Assembly (NCBI GenBank): GCA_951406725.2
Contig: OX597814.1
Coordinates: 34,596,001-34,660,000, forward strand
Origin: Octopus vulgaris
Taxonomy: Eukaryota
Direction: 5' to 3'
DNA length: 64,000 nt
The position numbers and the translations under genes were made by a program. The number at the start of each line of letters is the position of its first letter. The first letter of the stretch is position 1. Shown here piece after piece: positions 51,598 through 64,000 of this stretch. Below the pieces are notes generated by a model that saw only the letters and a list, made by a program, of their open reading frames with translations, was not told the origin of the DNA and made no database searches.

Positions 51598-52594
51598 TAT
51601 ATATAATGCTGTAGGCTATTATAAATAATCTTCAATATCTACACATTTATGATAAGTGACATATGGCACCGTTGGATGTTAGCAACACACTTCATATTTT
51701 GCTAAAGATGTTTTCTAATATCAAATTTGAAGATAATTTATAATAGCTAACAGCACAAAGAAGAGAACGCGCACTCGCATATACTCAAGAGGAGCATAGA
51801 TATTCATTACATTTCCATCTCAAAGGAAAATACGAACAAAACTAGCAGAAAATCGAACTAGAACTAATCTATCTTAATGTCTAGAGACTTCCAAGAGCTT
51901 CATATTTTTTAAACTAGAATTATTTTAAAAATAACTTTTACATCTATCCCATAACCACTCTGTCTTTGAGAATGGCATTTTTTTCAGGAAGAAGACAATA
52001 AACAAAAATACGATCATAATAACAAAAGTAATTCACCAGGTGGTGCTATTAAGTTAGACATGGCCTGGGCCTATACAGGCCGAGACCTATCAAAGTTATC
52101 AAAGTTAATGAAAAAGAAAGTGAAAGAAGCTCTACACGATACAAAAACAAGATCATATGCTAAATAGAAAAGAGTATTCTGCATGTTATGAAATAAGATA
52201 CCACAAACATTAATGATATACTGTACTCCAAGAGCAATTTTTTAAATGCAGGGAAACAACACGACAAAATTAAAATATTAACTCAATAAGTTAATTAACG
52301 CTTCGCTGGTCTAAATAGAATGTATTTCTTTCCAATATACAGAAGAAGAGTTTAGCCTAGTTTTGGCTTATGAAACCATAAAATCTCTCTAATAGAACCG
52401 ACGCCTCTGATATATAATCTCCGAAATCAATGAGCCAACTCAGAATTTCTATACAGTTAGAAAGAATCATAAAATTATATATATGTAGTAGAAGATATAT
52501 AATATACGATTCTCTGATGAGTCCTAGGAATTTCCACACGAATTCTGCAAATTTTGCAACATTTAGACGATCGATATATAGTAAATTATTCACT

Positions 52595-53182
52595 AACTAG
52601 GGTGACCCGTGAATATTTCACGGAATTAATGGTAAACTTATTGGGTTATTTCTGAAAGCTTTATCCCAAAACACCTGAAAGCGTAGCCAGTGTTTTGTCT
52701 GTATCAAAAGATAATCGCTCATTGAAAAGTGAAGGGAATTGGAATACGATGCTTACATTTTATATACTTTATGTACAATTTCATAGACTTGATACACAGC
52801 GCTCTCCCTCTTTTTCTCTTACTCTTCGCCTTCCCATCTTTTTCTTTCTCCTTTCTCTTTCTCCCACCTTTTCTATCGCTCTTCGGCTTTATTTTCAACT
52901 AATCACGTGAAAGCGTTACAGACAGGCTAAGTAACGGAGGATAAAAAAAATTTAGTTAAAAAAATTACACATTTCACTCATCACCACATCTCCCCTCTCT
53001 CCACTCCTTTATCTCCCCTTCTCTGTCACACCTCCCCCTCCCCTGTCTTGCAGTGTTCTACTCGACCACTATTGTAAATAAGGTTGTTCGTTAGATGGCG
53101 CGTTTATTGCAAGTGACACACAATAACAGGAATACAATCATCAAGAAATTGCCATCGTAAATGAACATAGTTGTAGTAGATA
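52595..53182 (+). mobile_element. Possible non-autonomous Helitron/Helentron-like element
   Basis: Starts aactagggtgacccgtgaatatttcacgg (hairpin ccgtgaa/ttcacgg), has a CT-rich interior and ends ...tagtagat. Family resemblance only. Confidence 0.35.
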
Positions 53183-54714
53183 CAAGCATCGAAATAAGCT
53201 TCCTCTATCTGTGTATGTTTACACTACCAACTAATGGTGCACACACACGCGCACAAATACACACACGCACACACACACGCACACACACACACGCACACAC
53301 ACACACGCACACACACACAAACACACATACACAAGCACACACACACACATACACATATATATATATATATCCGTGTGTGTGAGGATTAGTGATGAAGTGT
53401 TCAGTATCAAAGAATATTATCAAACACTTTTCTAAATTAATTGGAAGAAGTGGGTAGCATTCATGAAATTTTCAAACCTTCTAGTTAAGCGAGATAGTCA
53501 CAGTTGATGTTCTGATATAAGTTAGACAATAATTTCTCTGAAAATGGTTATCTGTGGGTAGGTGCTTACAGGGAAAATTGGGGGAAAATATCAATTTTTA
53601 GTGTTCATGTTTTAAAGAGGAATGGTTGGTTAAATGTTTAGTGTTACTTACGGGGAGATTTTCGGACAGGAGAGGAGAGGCGATCTTAAACGTATATTTC
53701 AGTTTTCATCTACTAGATTATAATCGAGTTGTTGAGTACACATTCTGTTTTCATTTGACATCAGTGCCATATTTATTCTGTTAAACCATAGAAAAAGAAG
53801 AAAAATTTAAGAAATCAGAAATGGTGATTGTCGGCCAAGTTTGCTTTTAGACATGATGTGAAGATATTGAAAGAAGCACTCTGATTCAATCACTTGGTAA
53901 TGTTAGACCATTTTGAGAGTCTATAAAAGTAATTTGTTCGAAATCGAAAGAACTTGAAGGGTTATTTCTTGTTTCTGTTTTCTCAAGTATTTTGCCAATA
54001 GCAGATAATTCGCGCCATGCATTGACTACCAACACATCGCAGGTTTATGTTTTTTCGAGAAGAATTGATAGCATTGATTATGTTTCATTTTAACACCTTC
54101 AAAACTTCAACATAGTCGATCGTTGAAAGGAAGGTTCTTAACTATGGATACATAGCAAACTATGTATTCATAAGCTATTTGCAACTCTGTTAACTCAGCT
54201 GTACGCACCTCTCCTACTGTTATGGTATGGCTGTAATAAATATATGTTAATCAATGTGATCAGGAGGAATTTCTGTATTTATTGAACGCTTATCCAGATA
54301 TTCTGATTGCATAGAGATGAATTTAGCTCACAGAAGTTCCTCCTTGGCTGATCTTGCCGATAACCCAAAACATTCGGGATGTAAATATCTACTCAATCTT
54401 CTAGGATATTTTATCTACAACTACATTACCCAACATTTCCAATTTTTCCTTTGGAGAGTGATGCATGATTCTGAGGGAGAGATAGGACTGCTAATTCTAT
54501 TAGGTTGAACGATCGCACATACGTTCCCAGTTGATGGCACGCTACACTTTGTCTTAAGAATGCATGCAGTGAAAGCGCACGATTTCCAGCTCTAATAGTC
54601 ACGCGTTATCTTCGATTAAAGAATAAAAAGCAGCTGCTTCAATCTCCATATCATTTTTCCACTGAGATGATAGTAAAACGTATAAACTGAAGGCAACAAA
54701 ATAATATATTTCTC

Positions 54715-54807
<93 letters not shown>

Positions 54808-54865
54808 CATATACAAACACTCGAATACACATATGTATATATGAGCATACATATATGTGTGTATT

Positions 54866-54898
<33 letters not shown>

Positions 54899-54982
54899 CA
54901 CACACACATATGTATATACATTGCTACATATCCGTGTGTCTGTGTGTGTGTTATACACACACATGTGTATGCTCATACATAT

Positions 54983-55110
54983 ATCGTGCGCAACACACAC
55001 ACATATTCTAATATATAAACATGCATTTATGGGTGCCCGTATGTGTGTGTGCCTTATAATTTAACACACTCACCGGCAAAATTTCCACTTATCTCTTTTC
55101 TATTTTTCTA

Positions 55111-55167
<57 letters not shown>

Positions 55168-55420
55168 CATACATGCAGGTGTAAGCACACACACACACTG
55201 ACCCACACACATGCGCACAAACAAGGAACGCAGTGTAAATAATGGACAGAGCCAAAAACTATTAATAAGGTTGCAAGACGCAACGAAAATTTTAGAAACA
55301 TAAAAAAGAAATAAGTGGAATTTTTACCGGTGGGTGTGTTGAATTATAAGGCACACACACATGCAGGAACCCGTAAATGCATGTTTATATATTAAGATAT
55401 GTGTGTGTGTTGCGCACGAT
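54983..55420. repeat. Foldback element with ~128-bp inverted arms
   Basis: 54983-55110 pairs with 55291-55420 (atcgtgcgcaac / gttgcgcacgat; ttccacttat / ataagtggaa; gtgccttataatt / aattataaggcac). Confidence 0.92.
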
Positions 55421-55530
55421 CCCATCAACCTATGTATGCAAGCATATATGTATGTATTTGTCTGTTTGTCTGCTGTCTATCTATCTATCTGTCTGTCCAT
55501 CCATCCATTCATTCATCCATCCATCCATCC

Positions 55531-55608
<78 letters not shown>

Positions 55609-55924
55609 ATTTATACTTGTATATGCACACCTACAAGCACGTATAAACTCGTGCCAGCACACATACGTGCTCGGATACATACCGCGTACACACCTATATA
55701 TAAATATGAATAACACACCCCTAAATGTATACGCATATACACCTAAACAGATTTAGCAGTTCTCTCTTTCTGTTCCCCTCCCTCTCTATATATATGTGTG
55801 TCTGTGTGTATGTGCGTATATATGTATAAATATTTATATTTATACAAGTATAAATGTTTACATATACATACATATATCATATCTACTTATCTATCTATCT
55901 ATCTATCTAAAAAAAAAAAGAAAT

Positions 55925-56240
55925 ATAACATGTGACTCCATTGACCGAGGTTACCGTGGTCTTTTCCGTAGGCTTTTCTTTCCACGGGTAAACCTCACCT
56001 GTCCCCCCTTTACACTTCATATTGACATTTCTGTGATAACGATCCCTATTGATCAATTTTTTTTTTCCTCTCCCCCTTTTTTTTAACCCCCCTTTTTTTT
56101 GTCCTCTTTCTCTCCTTTTACGATCCCTTTTGATCGAAACTCCCCCTTCCTTTTTTTTTTTTTTTAAACCTTCAAATGAAAAGCTCTACCTTGTAATTTG
56201 TTCTATCTGTGTGCAGCCCTGTGTGGCTAATAAAGAAACA
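55925..56240 (+). mobile_element. Probable LINE 3' UTR (L1/Tx1-like) inside a (TATC)n array
   Basis: Pyrimidine tracts ending cagccctgtgtggctAATAAAgaaa. Possible TSD aaagaaatata / aaagaaacata. Confidence 0.45.
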
Positions 56241-57465
<1,225 letters not shown>

Positions 57466-58021
57466 GACTTATATTAAGATAGTATCGCATCCGTTTTGCC
57501 ATTTGTAATCATATCTCGCTTGGAGGCGACTGTGCAACTGATGATAAATGTGGTCAGATAGATTTGTGCGTTTGTTTCAGTTTCCTGTTGACTAACATTT
57601 CACGTCATATTTTGTAATACTCAATTCTTTCAAATATATTATTACACCGGCTTATAGACCAATATGAAACATCATGAGCTAACTCTAAACTCTAGACAAG
57701 GTCATATGACCTGCTAGAAGTTGCCATGCCAACTGGCCTCAAATTATATCCAGTCATCTTGTAACAAAGAGAAACACACTAGTCGTTATAGGTATGTTAT
57801 ATCTGAATATGAACACATGCTTAAATGGTTCAAGAATTCGCTTCACACCCATGATGTCCTACTGAGTGGTATCTTGGGAAAGTATATGTTGCTATAGTCT
57901 CAGGTCGCCCCAAACCTTGTGAACCAAAGGAAATTGTTTGGAAGCATTCATTTTTGCATTTGGTTTGCAATATTCTTTATGTGGTCTCGTTGCAACAGAT
58001 TTTGCTGTACCTTAAGAGAGA

Positions 58022-58356
58022 TATTATGCCAATAGGAAACACACGCTCCTGTTCTGTTTCACTTCTTTGTTATTTGCCTGTTGGTTAAATATTTAACCAC
58101 TTAACTAACCAATAGTTTGATTAATAATTCGGTTGCCAATCAGTTACATTCGCCAAATTACTTTCGTCGCCATTCGTAACCCTTCAATGACAGCCACTCC
58201 AAGTCAGCTTAAGACGTCGCCAATGGAGATCTGGGACTTTGGAAAATACAACCGATTGAGTAATCGAATGATTGTTCAAATAATCGATTAAATAGTTAAC
58301 AAATTGCCGAAAAAAGTGAAATAGAACCAGTGCATGGGTTTATTGTTAACATAATG
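58022..58356. repeat. Old degenerate foldback, ~115-bp arms
   Basis: gttctgtttcactt / aagtgaaatagaac, tcggttg / caaccga, attatg / cataat. Confidence 0.65.
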
Positions 58357-60179
58357 ACCCTCCCGGTATATAAAATGTTTTGTGGTCTGTAAAATAATTC
58401 AGAGCTTCAGCCTTGCCATACATGCCACGTTCAAATATCTTGAAATGCCTGAAAATATCACTACAATACAAATGTCTAAGTAAAATTTAATCACTCGTAG
58501 ATTAATTCAATGACAAGGCCATTCAGTTACTCAAACAATAAGAACACTCATCCTCAAACTGGAGATGTATTTTAATATTTAAATACGAGACAGAATGGTC
58601 ATAGCTGGAATGTCGTTGACCACAGGCCTGATCAGTTGATCAACTTTGAACTGGGTGTTTTTAACATCATTTGAAACACAATACATTTTAAAATAATAAT
58701 TCAAAAGAGTAGGTGGTATTTCAAAGCATCATGAGAAGGCAGAATCAATGGAGCAGCCGGCACATTGTCTAGCAATATTTAGAATTATGTTTTCGTGCGT
58801 TATTTTATGAGTTCAAAAACAAACACAAGTTCATCCAAATCTATTTTCGTATATCTCGCAACTACGTTTTAAAGATTAGTTTAACAAAATGAAACTAAAA
58901 TAAACGGCAAATGTTCAGCGTATTCATAAAGTTTCTTGGATGGGATCATTTTTCTCTTACAGTTTGACTTCTGTCTCTAAGGGAAACGTGGTTAGGAAAC
59001 TGAACATTCCTGTTATATCAACAGGTTATGATTGAAATCTGCAGTTCTTCGTTTGTGCTCATGTGCCTTCTAATGGATAGCTGCTAAAATTGCGTTTGTT
59101 GATATTTCTGGAAGTTGCTCAGCATCTACATAGCGTATTTTCAGGGTTTTAGCGAATCTGATTTTCGAGATTTTAGGAGGGGAAATTGAAAGCCATCGAG
59201 ATCTAGAGTTAAGTTTGCGCCAAAATAGTCTTTGATATAATTATGTCATTTTCCGTTAAGTTTTTATGCGTTAGGTTACTTCACAAACTCTAACTTATGG
59301 TAGAAATCTAACGTACCCACACTTAATGTACATAAAGTTCCTGGTAGACTGTGCCAGGTTTTTTAATATAATTCTCTTTTCTTAGCTAGGAAAAAGTCGT
59401 TTGTGACGATAGGAAGTTTTTGCACAGAGTTATCTTAACATTCATGCGAATCAATTTTTGTTTTTGTAGTAGAGATAAGTGAATACCAGAATAAAATCTT
59501 TGCATTTGGCTTTATTCGCTGAACAAGGAAGAGTTATTTTATTAATATTTCTTCATAACAGAAGCCTACTAATTCAGCTTTAATGCGTGAATTAGCAAAT
59601 ATTCTGTTTCCTTAATTCTATAAAGATTGAACGTTCTTGCTTAGATTCAGAGAGCTGGGTGGTAATTCAGGTTGAAGAGACACAAACATGCTGAAACACC
59701 GACATATCAAACATATCCAGTACGTCATTGGATCGTGTGTGTTGTCAAAACACAACGTATTAAGAGAGAAGTTGTGTTCCGAAGGTAAAATACATCAGCA
59801 GATAACATATTCACGTTCAAATCAGCTCCAATGTGTTAAGAATGATTAAATTCATCATTGTCTATTTATGCAGCATACACACGATATGTCGCATTTCTTT
59901 CGGCTACATGATACTTAAAACCCTTACTCCGTCACTTCTCATTTAAATCCTGCTACCATCACAAATTGACTGGTATTTGACAGATTAGAATTTTTTATTA
60001 GTTCTGAGGACATAGCAATTCGTTCCTACGGAAAACAAATCAAGAATTTTCAGATGGACAAGAAAACAATCAAAGGTCTCGGTGTAAGAAACTACAGTGC
60101 ATCTAATTTGTTTTATTATAAGGGAGTTAATTTCGCATTTGTATTCCAGAATTGTAGTAAATTTATGATTACAACTCAC

Positions 60180-60290
60180 CTCTTCCTTCGTCTCACGTTC
60201 TAGTTCTCTGCCTCTCCTATTTTCGCACCTTCGGTCTATGTGTAGGTTAGACGATCCCAAACACAAATAAAATCAATGCGAAAGTGAGAG
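60180..60290 (-). other. Candidate first or 5' UTR exon, unverified
   Basis: Consensus donor GAG|GTGAGT at 60180/60179 after a purine-rich, non-repetitive stretch. The 5' boundary is unknown. Confidence 0.25.
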
Positions 60291-60402
60291 GAACATTAGC
60301 AGTTAAAACGAGAGTTTATCATTCGTTCACTCCAAATTTCTCTATTCCGTGATAAACGCATCAATCAAAATCCAGCGTACAATCGTGATTATATATATAT
60401 AA

Positions 60403-60794
60403 AGTTTTCGAACCTTTGTTCTCGGATTTTGTTCAACCAAATACTTAATCCATCATGTCGAATAACTGATTTTGGCCTACCCCTTCATCTCCTGAACAAG
60501 AGCTTTGGAACCATCTCTGAGCAGTTCTTATGTCAGTAAAACCATTACCAAAGGCCCGCTTGATATTCTGTAGAGCTTCTGCTGCGGCAGAGTGACCCAG
60601 TTTGGACTCATACCAGAAAATCATTCAACATAGTTTGGTTGTTATCATTTTCATAAGGTCTGTTGGTACGAAGTTTGTATACCAATATTGTTGGGAAAGA
60701 AAAATAGTCAAGAATAAATGCTCGGTATACATAACCGAGTTTTTAAATGACTGAAAGTAATTAAAAATGCGGCATTTCATGTGAAATAACCTAA
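60403..60794 (-). mobile_element. Mariner 5' fragment
   Basis: TIR TA|ttaggttatttcacatgaaatgccgc. Transposase N-terminus IFWYESKLGHSAAAEALQNIKRAFG..RTAQRWF..GD and LVEQNPRTKVRKL. Cut off at (TA)n. Confidence 0.88.
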
Positions 60795-60967
60795 TAATTG
60801 TACACTTTCTTACAGAAATGTTCTGTATTCTATTAAGCACCAACAACCCTTACGTTTCAGCTTATAATGACATAGCTGTCCTATCTGCTTTTGTGAGACT
60901 AGGTGGTCCACCTATCCTATATGATGACGTGTATGTATGTATGTATGTATGTATGTATGTATGTATG

Positions 60968-61020
<53 letters not shown>

Positions 61021-61624
61021 TTACACACGCACACATATATGCGGGTGTATATGTCCCTGTGTATGAGTGAGTAGTATTGTGCTATCGTTAAAACACTTAA
61101 TAGCTGAAGAGATTGTAACAATTTCATCCATAATTAATAGCTTTTAGTGATATTATATGTCTTCTTTCGATAGTAATGTTCTGAATGATATTACTTTATT
61201 AGACCGTTGTTATTTGCATTGTTTACAGTGTTGCTTAGAACAAAAGAAGTCTGCGACAAAACAGTATTTAACAGCGTTCAATGGCTTTATCTATTATTAA
61301 GTCCAGCAAATGATTCAATAGTCCTTAGACTTGAATGAGTTCTCCTCGTTTTCCTTACAATGTAAAACAATAAATAAAAGTAGAAAAAAATTATAACTCA
61401 AAATATTTGATAATTCATTTAATACTATGCTTTTGTTTGTATATAAAAGAAAGGAAAATAATGACATTCAAATCTGCGAGCTTAAGATTTACAGACAAAA
61501 AGGTACAAGTAGTTTCCTTTAAAAAAGTTAAAAAACAATGTGATAACATAATATGATTTATGAGAAATTAGGCTTTTATACAATTTTTGAAACAATGTAT
61601 TTTAGATACAAAATTATTATTTGT

Positions 61625-62338
61625 GCTTTTTTTTGCTGCTTTTTAGCACCAGGCAGTTCTGTTTGAGCAAACTGTGATGAAGGGCATTTCACTCTTCATA
61701 ATCCTTTATTTTTAGGGGCACCAGGGATTAGGATATTAAATGTCTCCTTTCCATTTTTTCGTAGAAGTTGTGTATGAATTGATAGGGATTCCACCGTTAT
61801 TTTCTCGCAGGCTGAGCGACGGCGTAGAAGTTTCATCGTTGGTCGCCATATTAGTTGCCGTGTCTGTTGTACTGTCCTCCAACAACTGTGTAGATAGAGC
61901 AGATCTATAATCAAAGGTGTTTCTGTTATCGTACCACTGTCATTTTGCAAAGCAGAAACTATATTTTCCAACATATCTTTATTTAATACCATATCTTTTG
62001 TTTCAATAGATATTACCCAACTCTTTCTACTACGTTCTCGGTGGCTCGACCAATTCAGAATTAAGAACTGTAGTGTGTAAATTACATGCGGTGGTTCATT
62101 AGAGTGCAATTTAGCTGTTAAGATATATTACCTTCATTGCAGCATCTCGTTGTAGCCACAATAAGATAGGCATGATGGGCACTGATGAAGCGTAGCAGTA
62201 GTTGTCTGCACTCGCCACTGGACGTTTGCAACCCGCCACAAAGTTTTATAATGATATTTTTGTGCGTTTCTAAGTTTCTTTTTTATATTCTTTTGATATC
62301 TGGACTGAGGTTAGAATTTCCGTTTCTAGGGTGGCGTT
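61625..62338 (-). mobile_element. Possible decayed gag/ORF1-like region of a non-LTR retrotransposon
   Basis: Frameshifted ORF remnants ending in a knuckle-like KGL*RVKCP and a basic tail PGAKKQQKK. Begins next to (TTC)n. Resemblance only. Confidence 0.3.
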
Positions 62339-62611
62339 TCTTCTTCTTCTTCTTCTTCTTCTTACGTTTTTTTTAAATGTCATACATATCATAAGCTTTT
62401 TAATGCCTGTACAATTAGTACATTTAATGGCAGCTATTCTTGAAAGAAAATTCTTAAGTTCCAACGAAAATCTTGATGCTAAAATCCTAAGAACGCGAAA
62501 TAATATACTTACTTCCACTTGCTATTGCATCATTCCTGCTAATTGTCTCCTTAACGGTAATTGTCATTGAAAGCTTTGATCTACTGCGTTAAATTCAATT
62601 TTGTCGTTATA

Positions 62612-62830
62612 AAGCGGTGGGTTGGCAGAAGTGCTAGCATGCCGGCAAAATGCTTTGCGGTATTATGTCCATTTTACGTTCTGAGTCCAAATGACGCCGG
62701 GGTGACTTTGTCTTTCAGCCTTTCGGGGCCGATAAAATAAGTATTAGTTGTGCACTAGGGTTGACCTAATCAATATAGCCCCTCCTCCAAGATTGCTGGC
62801 CTTGTACCAAACTTTGAAACCACTATTCTT
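62612..62830 (+). mobile_element. Meta-like SINE
   Basis: Head gcggtgggttggcagaa and core ctttcagcctttcggggccgataaaataagta. Confidence 0.85.
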
Positions 62831-63267
62831 ATCGTTGCTGAGGATGGTGAGTTTGAAGAATCGTTAAAGTCCATACTCTCAACTCGCAGTCCATACTTTC
62901 AACTCCAGTATTTCATTGATTCATTATATTATCGATGCCGAAAGGATGATAAGCATTGCTGACCACGGAGTAATTTGAAATTAGAAAGAAAAGAGCCAGG
63001 AATAAATAACACAAAGTACTTTTTCTGATGATCTTCACCGGCCTAATAATGATAATAATGCCTTGAAATGTCGGTATAAATCCAGCAAACTTACAAGGAG
63101 AGGGTTAGTCGACTTAAGTGATACTTTTTTAATAATCCGAAAGGATGAAACTGAAAGGCGAACTCAACAATATTTGAAATGCCGCTTAGCTTTTTCTCCG
63201 ACATGCATACTATTCTGCCAGCTCGTTGCCTTCCTGATGATGATAATAATATTTAACTTTGACATAA

Positions 63268-63654
63268 TGGAAGCACTCTGTCGGTTACGACGACGCAGGT
63301 TCCGGTTGATCCGAATCAATGGAACAGCCTGCTCGTGAAATTAACGTGTAAGTGGCTGAGCATTCCACAGACACGTGTACCCTTAACGTAGTTCTCGGGG
63401 ATATTCAGCGTGACACAGAGAGTGACAAGGCCGGCCCTTTGAAATACAGGTACAACAGAAACAGGAAGTAAGAGTGAGAGAAAGTTGTGGTGAAAGAGTA
63501 CAGCAGGGATCACCACCATCCCCTGCCGGAGCCTCGTGGAGCTTTAGGTGTTTTCGCTCAATAAACACTCACAACGCCCGGTCTGGGAATCGAAACCGCG
63601 ATCCTATGACTGCGAGTCCGCTGCCCTAACCACTGGGCCATTGCGCCTCCACTC
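63268..63654 (-). mobile_element. Young full-length tRNA-derived SINE
   Basis: Near-identical to 17368-17758. TSD ctttgacataa at 63257-63267 and 63655-63665. Confidence 0.95.
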
Positions 63655-64000
63655 CTTTGACATAAAGCCATATATTACTATGGGTATATCTTTCGACTGC
63701 AGTATTTGATTGGTATTTACTCCAGCGACTTTATAAGAACCAAACGTAAAAACTCAACTTCAAAATTATTGATAGTTTATTCGGACATTTCCATGAGAGT
63801 CCGAAGTAATCTCATGTAATACAATTGTTACATTGTTGAATACATAACAGAATAAGGTAACCTAATATGTTCCCGATTAATGCTATGGTAGTCAACAAAA
63901 TCAGGCATATACTCAGATGATAGTAGGAGTTTTTCTCTGATACGTTAATTTAATTTATTAGGTTGCTGAGGCACCAGCTCAGATGTTTATCGTTAACAAT

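Overview
AT-rich, repeat-dominated eukaryotic DNA with no intact protein-coding gene that I can identify. The SINE families and microsatellite load suggest an octopus or other coleoid cephalopod; this is recalled resemblance, not a database result. Contents: (TA)n, (TATC)n, (TATG)n and (TAA)n microsatellites, which explain most ORFs in the track; many tRNA-derived SINEs, several with target-site duplications (TSDs); decayed R4/Dong-like non-LTR retrotransposons stacked in (TAA)n arrays; one full-length defective mariner nested in a SINE nested in a LINE, plus a mariner 5' fragment; an internally deleted pogo element; hAT-like and Harbinger-like MITEs; CR1/Jockey-like and Helitron fragments; and a 5'-truncated tRNA-Glu. 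The most interesting signals are (1) foldback elements carrying degenerate Penelope-type hammerhead ribozyme motifs, (2) a 2x2 body/tail swap among SINEs, (3) a same-strand pile-up of Dong-like elements in TAA repeats, and (4) a tRNA-Glu joined to a SINE-type tail. Three isolated candidate exons are low confidence. All alignments were made by eye, so boundaries of decayed elements are approximate.
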